Below, piece by piece: positions 1 to 10,500 of a stretch of 64,000 nt of DNA. Made by a program: the position numbers and the translations under genes. Location: contig OY760937.1 in NCBI GenBank assembly GCA_963664225.1, positions 4,832,001-4,896,000 on the forward strand. The letters run 5' to 3'. The first letter of the stretch is position 1, and each line of letters opens with the position of its first letter. The stretch comes from Verrucomicrobiia bacterium (lineage in GTDB: Bacteria > Verrucomicrobiota > Verrucomicrobiia > Limisphaerales > UBA1319). The notes beneath the pieces are model-generated. The model searched no databases, was not told the origin of the DNA, and saw nothing but the letters and a program-made list of their open reading frames with translations.

Positions 1-91
1 GGACTTCCTGATTTCCGCCAGACTCCATTTTTGCGTCAACCGGCATTGGCTCGTTTAAAATCTCAAGAGATGGCTTTGTTTGCAGCGCCAT
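1..91 (-). CDS. Possible 5' end of a gene running off the window (MALQTKPSLEILNEPMPVDAKMESGGNQEV...)
   Basis: Reading frame is open from the ATG at 91 to the window edge; too short to identify. Confidence 0.3.
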   Translation of the reverse strand, partial: MALQTKPSLEILNEPMPVDAKMESGGNQEV

Positions 92-256
92 GCTTCAAGC
101 CCGCGAGCGATTCCGGAAGCCGGTGAAGGCCCTTTCGGGCGATCAGGCCGAAGGCGCGTTAGAGTCAATATAAACTTTTAAATCAGCCGGTTAAATGCCG
201 CTTTGACGATGGATTCGTTGCGGGTGTAGATTATTCAGGTCATCCATGAGGCTGCT

Positions 257-589
257 ATGATACATAACAGGATTGAGGAATTGGAAAAAAAGATCACCGG
301 TGCGCCCAACGTCAACGAAGAAACCAGAGGTGAATTGTTGAAGCTGGTGTCTGAAATAAAGCGGGAAATATCCGCTTTGCCGCAAGGTCAGTCCGATCAG
401 GCTCAAAGCATAGCGGGTTTTGCGGCGGTCACGGCCCATGAGGCGGTGCGCGCGGAACAGAATCCGCAGCTCCTCCGCCTCTCCGTGGAAGGGCTTCAGG
501 CATCGGTCAATGGATTTGAGAATACGCATCCCGGCCTGGTGCAGGCCGTCAATTCCTTTTGCCGGACACTGTCCAATCTGGGCATTTGA
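257..589 (+). CDS. DUF4404-family small helical protein
   Basis: 110 aa; C-terminal FENTHPGLVQAVNSFCRTLSNLGI matches the family pattern FE..HP.L.......L...GI. Confidence 0.75.
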   Translation: MIHNRIEELEKKITGAPNVNEETRGELLKLVSEIKREISALPQGQSDQAQSIAGFAAVTAHEAVRAEQNPQLLRLSVEGLQASVNGFENTHPGLVQAVNSFCRTLSNLGI

Positions 590-764
590 AAGCGTGAAAG
601 CGCGTCGGCTCCGGTGGCTTCCTTGCCAGCCGATGGCCAAGGGAGGCGCGATTTCCAATCTGGTTGCAACGTCGCAGGTGTGCAAATAAGAGGGTTGGAA
701 TTGAGTGGATTGGGACCCCATGAAAGGGTCGGCGGATGCTAGTCAGGGAACCATTAATCAAAAC

Positions 765-1559
765 ATGAAACAGCCTTTTAAGATTACAGGGAAGGTTCAG
801 ATCAAGAATTTGAAGCCGGATTTTCACAATGGCATGGAGAAGGCCGATGCGCGTGAAGAAACCGAGAAATACGGCAAGCGCATTGGGGACTTGCAGACGC
901 TACTCTATGCCAACGCGGACCGTGCGGTTGTCATCCTTTTTCAGGGCATGGATGCCAGCGGCAAAGACGGCGCGGTCAAACGGGTGCTGGAATTTGTCAA
1001 TCCAGCCGGCGTGGATACGACGAATTTCAAGGCGCCATCCTCCGAAGAGCGCGCGCATGATTACCTGTGGCGGGTGCACAAGGCGGTGCCGAGGTTTGGG
1101 TATATCGGGGTGTTCAATCGCTCGCATTACGAGGAGGTCTTGATCGTGCGGGTGATGAATCTGCAGCCGGAAAAAGTCTGGAAAAAGCGCTACGACCAGA
1201 TCAACGCATTCGAACGTTATCTCTCGGAGAACAACGTCCTGTTGCTGAAATATTTCCTGCATATCAGCAAGGAGGAGCAGGCCAGGCGCTTTGAGGAGCG
1301 ATTGCAGGACCCGCGGAAAAACTGGAAGTTTTCCGAGGACGATTTGAAGGTGCGCGCCCATTGGGATGCCTATCAGGCGGCCTTTGAGGAGATGCTCAAC
1401 CGCTGCAGCACGACCTGCGCGCCTTGGCATGTGGTGCCGGCCGATCATAAATGGTATCGGGACTATGTCATCGCGCGGCATGTGGCGGAAGTTCTTGAGG
1501 GGTTGAAAATGAAGTGGCCCAGGCCCATCGCGGACCCTTCGAAAATCAAGGTCGTCTAG
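765..1559 (+). CDS. ppk2: Polyphosphate kinase 2 family (class III-like) polyphosphate:nucleotide phosphotransferase
   Basis: Motifs QGMDASGKDG (Walker A), FNRSHYEEV, WKFSEDD and VPADHKWYR; start taken at ATG 765. Confidence 0.92.
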   Translation: MKQPFKITGKVQIKNLKPDFHNGMEKADAREETEKYGKRIGDLQTLLYANADRAVVILFQGMDASGKDGAVKRVLEFVNPAGVDTTNFKAPSSEERAHDYLWRVHKAVPRFGYIGVFNRSHYEEVLIVRVMNLQPEKVWKKRYDQINAFERYLSENNVLLLKYFLHISKEEQARRFEERLQDPRKNWKFSEDDLKVRAHWDAYQAAFEEMLNRCSTTCAPWHVVPADHKWYRDYVIARHVAEVLEGLKMKWPRPIADPSKIKVV

Positions 1560-1753
1560 GAAAAGCTTTGCGGCAGGGGCGTTGGCAGGAAGTTAAAAGC
1601 TGTTTTAAGGACGGTGACAGGCTTTGGCATCTGGATTTTTCATTGATTTGGCAAAGCCCCTCGTGCAGTGTCCCATTCATTGCTTTGTGAACACACGTCC
1701 TGGATGGCATGGGTGTGTTTTTCATTCAGTGGAAATCGCTTTTATCTGAATTT

Positions 1754-2863
1754 ATGTCGATGGATCAGGAACATTTTATTGAGGACATATCTCGCCAGTT
1801 TCAAATTTATGGCGAAATACTCCACGCCGAGCCTTGTAAAATCGGTCATATCAACGAAACCTTCGCTGCCACGTATGCCCAGGCGGGAACGCGGGTGCGT
1901 TATATCCATCAGAAGATCAACCAGAACGTGTTCAAGGACCCGGAGTCGTTGATGAACAACTTGACCCGCGTGACCACCCACATCCGCAACAAGCTCTCCA
2001 GTCGCGGCGAGCGGGATGTGACACGTAAGGCGCTGATCCTGGTGCCGGCACGGGACGGGCGTCCGTTTCACAGGAATGGGGATGGGGACTATTGGAGGAC
2101 GTTTTTCTTCGTCGAAGGGGCGCAAACTTTTGAGGCGGTGCAAACAACCGCGCAGGCTTTTCAGGCCGGTTGCGCTTTCGGCAATTTTCAAAGTTTATTG
2201 GTGGATCTGCCCGGCGAACGCCTGGTCGAGACCATTCCGGGATTTCATAACACGCGCAAGCGCTTTGACCATTTTCAAAAGATTGCAGGAGAGGATCATT
2301 GCAATCGGGCCCAGAGCGCCGCGGCGGAGATCGATTTTGCCCTGCGGCATGAGGGGATTGTGGATGTTCTTTTGAATGCGCTGGCCAGCGGCCAGATACC
2401 GGAGCGGATCACGCATAATGATACCAAGTTCAACAATGTCATGCTCGACAACGCGACAGGCAGCCAGATCTGCGTGCTCGATCTGGATACCGTGATGCCC
2501 GGTCTGGTGTTGTACGATTTCGGCGATATGGTGCGCACCACCACCAGTTCCACCCTCGAGGATGAGAAGGATCTGTCGCGCGTTCAAATGCAAATGCCGA
2601 TGTTTGAGGCCCTGACGCGCGGTTATCTCGAGGCGGCCGGTGAGTTTCTGACTCCGACGGAAAAGGCGCTCCTGGCCTTTTCGGGCAAATTGATCACCTT
2701 TACCATCGGTTTGCGGTTTCTCACGGATTACCTTGCGGGCGACAAATATTTTCGCGTGCACCGGCCGGGGCACAATCTCGACCGATGCCGCACTCAGTTC
2801 AAGCTCATGGAATCGATCGAACAGCAGGAAGAGGCCATGCAAAATTTAATCGACCGGATTTGA
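1754..2863 (+). CDS. Aminoglycoside phosphotransferase-family sugar kinase (N-acetylhexosamine 1-kinase-like)
   Basis: Motifs GHINETF, THNDTKFNN, DLDTVMPG and YDFGDMVR. Confidence 0.85.
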   Translation: MSMDQEHFIEDISRQFQIYGEILHAEPCKIGHINETFAATYAQAGTRVRYIHQKINQNVFKDPESLMNNLTRVTTHIRNKLSSRGERDVTRKALILVPARDGRPFHRNGDGDYWRTFFFVEGAQTFEAVQTTAQAFQAGCAFGNFQSLLVDLPGERLVETIPGFHNTRKRFDHFQKIAGEDHCNRAQSAAAEIDFALRHEGIVDVLLNALASGQIPERITHNDTKFNNVMLDNATGSQICVLDLDTVMPGLVLYDFGDMVRTTTSSTLEDEKDLSRVQMQMPMFEALTRGYLEAAGEFLTPTEKALLAFSGKLITFTIGLRFLTDYLAGDKYFRVHRPGHNLDRCRTQFKLMESIEQQEEAMQNLIDRI

Positions 2864-2920
2864 CCGCAACCTGATCGACCGGCATATTTCCCGCCGCTGC
2901 AATTTCCAAAGTGCCAAAGT

Positions 2921-4303
2921 TCATCCGCGGCGCGCATGCCCACGCTTGCGTGCCATCAGGCGCGAGAGGCAGAAGGCCATTTCCAGCGCCTGCTCGCAAT
3001 TCAGCCGGGGATCGACCGGGGTCAGATACGCCCGGCCCAGGTCAGCTTCGGTAATGCCGCTGGACCCGCCGATGCACTCGGTCACATTTTGCCCGGTCAG
3101 CTCGAAGTGAACCCCGCCCAGATGGGATCCACACTGTTGGTGAATGGCAAAGGACTGCTCCAGTTCGGAAAGGATCTTTTCGAACCGCCGGGTCTTTATT
3201 CCCGTGGAAGTGACTTCGGTGTTTCCGTGCATGGGATCGCAGCTCCAGAGAACGTCCTTGCCCCGGCTTCGCACCGCTTCAATGACAGGGGGCAGGGATT
3301 TCTCAACATGATCGGCCCCGAAGCGGTGAATGAACGTGAGCCGACCGGGTTCGTTTAGTGGATTGAGAAGGTCGCACAACGCCAGCACCTCATCGGGTTC
3401 GATGGGGTGGCCTATTTTCACCGCTATCGGATTCTGGATGCCGCGAAAATATTCAAGGTGGGCGCCGCCCAGGGCGCGGGTGCGATTGCCGATCCAGGGG
3501 AAATGGGAGCTGAGATTATACCAGCCGCTGCGGCGGGGCACCTGCCGGGTCTGGGCCTGCTCGTAAAGCAGATGCAAGCCTTCATGGCTCGTAAAGAAAT
3601 CGACCCGGTTCATCTGGGCCAGGCTGTTGCCGGTGAGCGTTTCCATGAACCGCACCGATTCGGTAATGCTCTCGACCATTCGCGTGTATTCCGCTGCCAG
3701 GGGAGATTTGCGGACAAATTCCAGATCCCAATACTCGGGATGGTGCAGGTCGGCGAAGCCGCCATCGATGAGCGCGCGGATGAAATTGACGGTCAAGGCC
3801 GCATGTTCGTAGCCACGCAATAGATAGGTCGGATTGGGTGTCCGCGAGGCAAGATCGAATTCCGGCCGGTTGATCAGGTCGCCGCGATAAGGCGGGAGGG
3901 TGACTCCCTTTTTGGTTTCAGTGTTTGAGGAACGCGGTTTGGCGTATTGGCCTCCGAAACGGCCGACACGGATCACCCGTTTGCGGCCACCCTGCACCAG
4001 CACAAGACTCATCTGGAGAAGCACTTTGAGCTTTGCGGTAATCAACACCGCTTCGCAGTCCTCAAAGCTTTCCGAGCAATCGCCACCCTGGAGGAGAAAA
4101 CGCTCGCCGCGCGCGGCTTCGGCCAGTTGAGACTTGAGGCTCTCGACCTCCCAACTGGTCACCAGCGGGGGGAGGTGGGAAAGCTGCTTCAGAACAGCCT
4201 GCAAAGCCTCGGCGTCGGGATAAACCGGCTGCTGCGCCGCCGCCTTTTCCTGCCAGCCATCCGGCCGCCATCCACTCGATTCAGGTGTGTTTTTCATGTC
4301 CAT
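2921..4303 (-). CDS. Class II 3-deoxy-7-phosphoheptulonate (DAHP) synthase
   Basis: Motifs LLQGGDCSESF, GRFGGQYAKPRS, WIGNRTR, CDPMHGNT, GGVHFELTG and DPRLN; start uncertain (4303 or 4297). Confidence 0.93.
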   Translation of the reverse strand: MDMKNTPESSGWRPDGWQEKAAAQQPVYPDAEALQAVLKQLSHLPPLVTSWEVESLKSQLAEAARGERFLLQGGDCSESFEDCEAVLITAKLKVLLQMSLVLVQGGRKRVIRVGRFGGQYAKPRSSNTETKKGVTLPPYRGDLINRPEFDLASRTPNPTYLLRGYEHAALTVNFIRALIDGGFADLHHPEYWDLEFVRKSPLAAEYTRMVESITESVRFMETLTGNSLAQMNRVDFFTSHEGLHLLYEQAQTRQVPRRSGWYNLSSHFPWIGNRTRALGGAHLEYFRGIQNPIAVKIGHPIEPDEVLALCDLLNPLNEPGRLTFIHRFGADHVEKSLPPVIEAVRSRGKDVLWSCDPMHGNTEVTSTGIKTRRFEKILSELEQSFAIHQQCGSHLGGVHFELTGQNVTECIGGSSGITEADLGRAYLTPVDPRLNCEQALEMAFCLSRLMARKRGHARRG

Positions 4304-4524
4304 GTCGCTCTGAATATAAAGCCTGCCACGCAAACGGTTCCCTGACCAAACAATTCTAGGGTTCCGGTTTGAAAAACCGTTGCCGCTATTGACCCAATTG
4401 GAACGTTTTCCAAAGAATGTAAATGGAAAGAATGTAAAATAACTTGGACAAGCGCAATTCCTGGCATTGACAGCCTCAGCGTCTATGGCGAGTCTGCGCG
4501 CGCAATTGTTCTAGCAACCATTGC

Positions 4525-4552
4525 TTGACAAAAAGAAATGTGTGATTATATA
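4525..4552 (+). promoter_or_regulatory. Candidate sigma70 promoter for the efflux operon
   Basis: TTGACA-N16-TATATA about 50 nt upstream of ATG 4600. Confidence 0.4.
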
Positions 4553-4599
4553 AACACCACAATTGTCAGGATGTTAAGTGCATATTTGGATTTGAGCGC

Positions 4600-5835
4600 A
4601 TGAACGAAGAAAAACCGATCGCATTCGAAGAACGAACCACACCCGATGTGGGATCGCGGAAAAAAAAGGCGCAGCCGGCCGCGCGTCTGATTCTTCTGTT
4701 CATGGCCGGCGCCCTGCTGACCGTGGGTTTCTTCTACGGCCTCCAGTACACCGTCATGACCTTCACGCATGAATCGACAGACGATGCGTTTATTCAGGCG
4801 CATGTGGTGTCCGTGGCTCCACGGGTCGCCGGGCAGGTCCAGGCTGTGCATGTCAATGACAACCAACTGGTGAAAAAAGGGGACGCTCTGGTGGAATTGG
4901 ATCCCCGCGACTATGAAATGCGCCTGGCTCTAAAGCGGGATGCAATCGCCGCGGCCAACGCAAACCTCGACTCTGCCCAGGCCGGTCTGGCTTTGATGAA
5001 GGCGCGGCTGGAAACCGCCGAGGCGAATCAGCGCCAGGAAAAGGCCCATGCGGACTCTTCCAGGGCCACCGCGGATCGCGCCCAGGCCGATCTGAAACGA
5101 AACGAAATTCTGCGCGAAAAGGGTGTGGTGTCAGCGGGCGAATTCGACCGTGCGCGCGCCGAGGCCGAATCGGCGGCGGCGGATCGCATTGCTGGTGAAC
5201 AGAAGGCGGATGCGGCGACATCGCAGGTCGCCGAAGCGCGGGCGCAGGTCGGTCTTACATTGACGATGGTGAACAGCGCCTTGACGAAGACAAAACAGGC
5301 GGGCACGGACAAGGAAGTCGGCGAATTGGATCTTTCGTACACGCATATCGTGGCGCCCTGCGACGGGCGCGTGACCCGCAAAGCGGTCGAGCCAGGGGAC
5401 TATGTCCAGGTTGGCCAATCGCTACTCGCATTGGTGCCAACAAACGTCTGGATCGCGGCCAATTTCAAGGAAACTCAGCTCGCAGAGGTGCGTCCCGGGC
5501 AGGCAGTGGAGATTCATATCGACGCCTACCCCGGCAAGAGCTGGCAGGGCCATGTGGACAGCATCATGGCCGGCAGCGGGGCAAGCTTCAGCATGTTGCC
5601 GCCGGAGAACGCGGTTGGAAATTTCGTGAAGGTCGTTCAGCGCGTCCCGGTGAAGATTCTCTTTGACGATCCACCGGCGCCCGACCGGACTCTTGGTCCC
5701 GGCATGTCAGTCATCCCATCCGTGCGCACCAGCGCCTTTGTGCTACCAGCAATGGTTTTGTGGATCGGAGCGCTCGTGCTGGCGGTGCTGACGACTCTGG
5801 GCCTGGCCCGAGTGATCGCCCATCTGCAGAATTGA
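4600..5835 (+). CDS. emrA: EmrA/HlyD-family periplasmic adaptor of an MFS efflux pump
   Basis: Motifs ESTDDAFI, ANFKETQL and LPPENAVGNFVKVVQRVPVKI; N-terminal TM helix. Confidence 0.9.
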   Translation: MNEEKPIAFEERTTPDVGSRKKKAQPAARLILLFMAGALLTVGFFYGLQYTVMTFTHESTDDAFIQAHVVSVAPRVAGQVQAVHVNDNQLVKKGDALVELDPRDYEMRLALKRDAIAAANANLDSAQAGLALMKARLETAEANQRQEKAHADSSRATADRAQADLKRNEILREKGVVSAGEFDRARAEAESAAADRIAGEQKADAATSQVAEARAQVGLTLTMVNSALTKTKQAGTDKEVGELDLSYTHIVAPCDGRVTRKAVEPGDYVQVGQSLLALVPTNVWIAANFKETQLAEVRPGQAVEIHIDAYPGKSWQGHVDSIMAGSGASFSMLPPENAVGNFVKVVQRVPVKILFDDPPAPDRTLGPGMSVIPSVRTSAFVLPAMVLWIGALVLAVLTTLGLARVIAHLQN

Positions 5836-5850
5836 GGCGCCACAATTCCC

Positions 5851-7431
5851 ATGGCCGACCTGAAACCAACCGCCGCGGCCGAGTGGCGTCCAAAGCATAA
5901 TCCATGGCTGATCGCCCTGGCGGTGATGCTGGCGCCGTTCATGGAAGTGCTGGACACTTCAGTCGCCAACGTCGCGCTGCCGCACATCGGCGGCAACCTT
6001 TCCGCCACGCCTGAGGAAGCCACATGGGTGCTGACGAGCTATCTGGTTTCCAATGCCATCATTCTGCCCATGACCGGCTGGCTGGGAAATTATTTTGGCC
6101 GTCGACGGTTGTTTTTGCTCTGTGTGGTGCTGTTCACCTTCGCATCGGTCCTTTGTGGGATGGCCACAAGCCTTGGATTCTTAATTGTGGCGCGCATCGT
6201 GCAGGGGTTGGGCGGCGGCGCGATGGTGCCGATCGCCCAGGCGATTTTGCTGGAGAGCTTTCCTGTGAACAAACGGGGCGCGGCCATGGCGGCGTTCAGC
6301 ATGGGCATTATTGTGGCGCCAATCCTCGGTCCCACACTCGGCGGCTGGATCACGGACAATTATTCCTGGCGCTGGATTTTCTACATCAACGTGCCTGTGG
6401 GAATCCTCGCGTTCCTCCTGGGAGAGGAACTCATCGAGGATCCGCCCTATATCGGGCGAAATCAGCGCGCGCGGGTCGATTTCGCCGGTTTTGCCCTGCT
6501 GGCCATCTGGCTGGGGACGCTTCAAATCATTCTGGACCAGGGCCAGGAAAAAGATTGGTTTGGGTCGGACTTGATTTGCTGGCTGACCGCCATCTCGGCA
6601 ATGGCGATGATCGTGTTTTTATTCTGGGAGTTCCGGGTCGAGCATCCGGTCGTGGATTTGCGCGTGCTGGGGAATCGCAATTTTTCGACGGGTCTGCTGC
6701 TGATTACGATGGTGGGCGTGGTGCTTTACGGCACCACCGCGGCGATCCCCATCTATTTGCAGACGCTTATGGGTTATACGGCGCTCGGCAGCGGTCTGAC
6801 ACTCAGCCCGCGCGGAATTGCCGCGTTCGTCACCACCATTGTGATGGGCCGGTTGGTCGGACGCGTGCGAAATCGCTACCTGCTCATCATCGGTTTCTTT
6901 CTGGTGGCCGTGTCGTCTTTCATGCTGGGAAATATTAACCTCTCGGCCGATATGGCTCACATAATCTGGCCCAGCGTGGTCAATGGCATCGGCATCAGCT
7001 TCATCTTTGTGCCGCTGACCACCTCGGCAGTCGCCTACATGCGACAGGACCAAATGGGCAATGCGACAGGACTTTACAATCTCATGCGCAACATCGGCGG
7101 CAGTCTCGGCATTGCGCTTGTCACGACGATGCTGGCGCGGCACTCGCAAATCCACCAGGCGATGATGGTCGTTCATACCACTCCCTATGACCCGGCATTC
7201 ATGCACCAATTCGCAGTCACTCAAGCCGGCCTGGCCTCGCACAGTGACCCTGTCGCCGCCACCATGCAATCCCGCCAGATTCTCTACGGGAAAGTCCTTC
7301 AACAAGCCAGCCTCTGGGCTTTTGTGGACAACTTCCGCTTGTTCGGTCTGTGCTGTCTCGCGTGCATCCCGGTGGTCTTCCGCTTCAAGAGAATCCCGCA
7401 CCATTCGAATGCGCCGGTTGACGCGCATTGA
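5851..7431 (+). CDS. emrB: DHA2-family (EmrB/QacA) MFS efflux permease
   Basis: Motifs MEVLDTSVANVALP, WVLTSYLVSNAI and GPTLGGWITDNYSWRWIFYINVP; about 14 hydrophobic segments. Confidence 0.92.
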   Translation: MADLKPTAAAEWRPKHNPWLIALAVMLAPFMEVLDTSVANVALPHIGGNLSATPEEATWVLTSYLVSNAIILPMTGWLGNYFGRRRLFLLCVVLFTFASVLCGMATSLGFLIVARIVQGLGGGAMVPIAQAILLESFPVNKRGAAMAAFSMGIIVAPILGPTLGGWITDNYSWRWIFYINVPVGILAFLLGEELIEDPPYIGRNQRARVDFAGFALLAIWLGTLQIILDQGQEKDWFGSDLICWLTAISAMAMIVFLFWEFRVEHPVVDLRVLGNRNFSTGLLLITMVGVVLYGTTAAIPIYLQTLMGYTALGSGLTLSPRGIAAFVTTIVMGRLVGRVRNRYLLIIGFFLVAVSSFMLGNINLSADMAHIIWPSVVNGIGISFIFVPLTTSAVAYMRQDQMGNATGLYNLMRNIGGSLGIALVTTMLARHSQIHQAMMVVHTTPYDPAFMHQFAVTQAGLASHSDPVAATMQSRQILYGKVLQQASLWAFVDNFRLFGLCCLACIPVVFRFKRIPHHSNAPVDAH

Positions 7432-7541
7432 TCAGTGCATGGCGACTGGCATCGGGATTCAATAACTTCCTGCAAGATAACCACTGAATAAGGCGGAAAT
7501 GGCCGCCAAAAGCGCTGTGCTGTCGGAGTGGCGACTAACGG

Positions 7542-10500
7542 TCAAGGGAAAAGCTCCATGAGCGCGTCCGCGAAGAGTTTCATGCCGCGTTGATCGGGGT
7601 GATTGATGGAATTAACCATGATCGTGTTGTAGGGGATCCCCTGGCGCCACAGACGACCGTAGCGCAGGGAGGCATCAGCAAGAGCGACATGGTGTTTGGC
7701 GGCGAATTCGCGCAGGCCCTTGACGTAGGGGCGCGGATCCTCGTCGCAGTCGCGTTCCCTCGTCAGACCCATCCAGTCAGGTCTCACATAATGCGGCGTG
7801 AGAACAATCCATTCCGCATTGATGGATTGAAAGTCGGCCAGCAGTTGGGCGTATCGTTGCTCGACCTGCTCCGGATTCATGCCGGCGTCATTGACAAACT
7901 CGGAGACGATCAGGTCGGGCTTTTGGGCGAGCACCTTTTCCTTGTAGTTGTGGACGCTGCCCGGCGGTTCTTGGAGGTAGCTCGACGTGTTGCGGCCGCC
8001 CCAGGCTTCAGTGATCAGCTCTATTTTGGCGTTTGGAAAACGGCTCTGCAATCGAGCGACGAACTGCTCCTGCCAGCGGCCTCGCACCACCTGGGCCAGA
8101 TAACTCCCATCGGTCACGCTATCGCCCCAGGCCAGAATGCGCACAGGACCGCCTTCGCGCAACTTGGCCGTTGTTTTCGGCAGAAGCGTTTCGGCGATGC
8201 TTGGGGATGGTTTTGGCGGCTCGGGATACGCCGTTTCAAGAATGGGAAATAGATGATCCGTAGTTAATCTTGAAATCATTCCCGGCAGGTACAGGTTGGC
8301 CAGCAACGTATCGCCCGTCTCGATTTTGGGCGGAAGCGGAGCCGACGCGCGCGGTTCGCCCTGTCGGATGACAATGCGCCCTTCGGATGCGAGCACCACG
8401 GAATCAATCCGCAACAAGCCGTGTCGATAAGAGGCAAATACCGGCTGAATCTCGCCGATCCGGCCTTGGGGGAGTCGGCCGATGGTGCCCCATGCAAGGT
8501 CAGCGTCATAATCTTTTCCAGATTCAAAAAGAGTGGAATCAGGTTCGGTTCCGGCACACAGCGTTAGGCTCGCAGGATCCAGCAGGCCCGGTGTGCTGCA
8601 TTCCTGGGCAAACACGCCGCGCAGGACAGCCCCCTTGCTCCAACCGCCCGCATTGGTATTGAATTGAGGCAGACGATCATAACGTTCGTTCTCAACAACT
8701 CGATACGCAGGCGTGGTGATCGCCACCGTGGCCACCATGTTGGAGCCTTTGAGTGAAGCCGGAACGGACACCTGCAGTTGCCAGTCGCCCGTGAGTTGAA
8801 GATCCACTCCAGCATTGGATTCATGCAGGGCAGGGGAGGCGATTGGCTTTAATAGAATTTGTTCGATTTCCACGTGAACGCCGCTTTGGTTTCCCGGGTC
8901 CAGTCGGAGCCGGGTGACGATGCCTGTCCAGCGTTGGTTATTCTTCACGGGCAATTCATAATCATGCCACTGGCCATCGACAAATATCGGAAAACGGAGG
9001 CTGCTGGCTTCGCTTTCGGGCCAGCGTTTGGTGCGCCAAAAAAGCTGGGCGGTATCGTTGGTGATCGCTCCAGAGACACTGCTCAACCGCATCCGCACGC
9101 AGACATGGGAGAATTCTCCGGCCCGCGCCTGAGTGGGAGGTCCAAAGAAAGCGGGATCGTTCCCAACGGTTACGGCCTTTAGTGAGCCGGAGTCCACCCG
9201 GACCTGGTCCAGATGCATCGTGTTCTTCCAGTCCGTGGAATCTTTCTCAAAGGTCCATTTGGTTTTAAACGATGTGTCAGACGCCAGATCATAAGGCCCC
9301 ATGCCAACATCCACCGGGGCCAGGTCCGCATGTTCGGCCGGGGCATCGGTAAAGACATCCCGGATGGCGTCCAGGTAGCCGAAACCGAATTCCTTGTGAG
9401 GTTCGATATAGGAGCCTTCGCCCCATTCATTCCAGGCCTCAATCAGGATCGACGGCAGGACGCGCGAGTTGGTGGAATTGGTTTCCAGAAAATTACGGGC
9501 GTCCTGAAGGTGTTGTTTGAACAACTCGGGGGATCGACCGTAACGAACCAGAGAGGAATCTCCGTGCCAGGGGCGACTATCCCAGCCACCGCTAAGGGGT
9601 AACAGGATCGGCAACGAATCTTCCTTCAGTAATTGGGACCAATGATCGTGATAGGCGGGAACGAGACTGGAATAGGGAGCCTTATTATCGGAGCCGGATA
9701 CCCCCAAGCCAGGCCAGTTGTATGCGGTCACGGCATCGTAATTCTCTCCTTCCACCTGGCGGGCATTGCCCACGCACGCGACGAGATAGAGTCCCGGCAG
9801 TCCGGCCTTGCGACACTCCTCGCGCATGACCTCAAAGGCCTTGTTGACCCCGGCGACACCCATGTCGTTTTTGTAGTTGTATGGGCTGAAGATGATCACG
9901 ACGGGTTTGCCATCGATGCGGTAATATTCGGGGCGCTGGAAATAATGGGTGATCCAAAATTGCGACACCGCCAGGGAATCTTCGACGGAATGCGTCTTGG
10001 GCGCGTTATGATTGGCCCAGAGCAGGCAGAAGTTGAGCAGGTTTTTATAACGGGCATTGAACAAACCTTTGTGCAGGCCGTGCTCGAGCTGGCGCGAACC
10101 CTGCGTCCAATACCAATCATAGGCGAAATAGGTGATGCCGTGTTCCACAGCCCATTTGATTTGCCAGTCGGCCACCTCCGGATTGCCCTCGCGATACCAG
10201 CCCAGCATCGGCTTGCGCTCGGGAAAACGCTCAATCGGCTGCCATTGGCTTCGGCTTTGCCACCCCGGGAAATAATAAGCGCCCACATCATATTTTCCGC
10301 GCACGGGTTTGGGCACTGGCACATAGTCGGCCTTTGGCAGATGCGGCAACGCCGCGAACGATATTACGGCTTGGTTGGTGACACTTTCGACATTGTCTGC
10401 CGATAAGATCAAGCTGGCCAATCCAGAACTCGGTTGTGAACATTCCACCGTCCAACTCAATGAAACCTCTTCGGAGTAGCCCAGACGCGTTGGCATCGCA

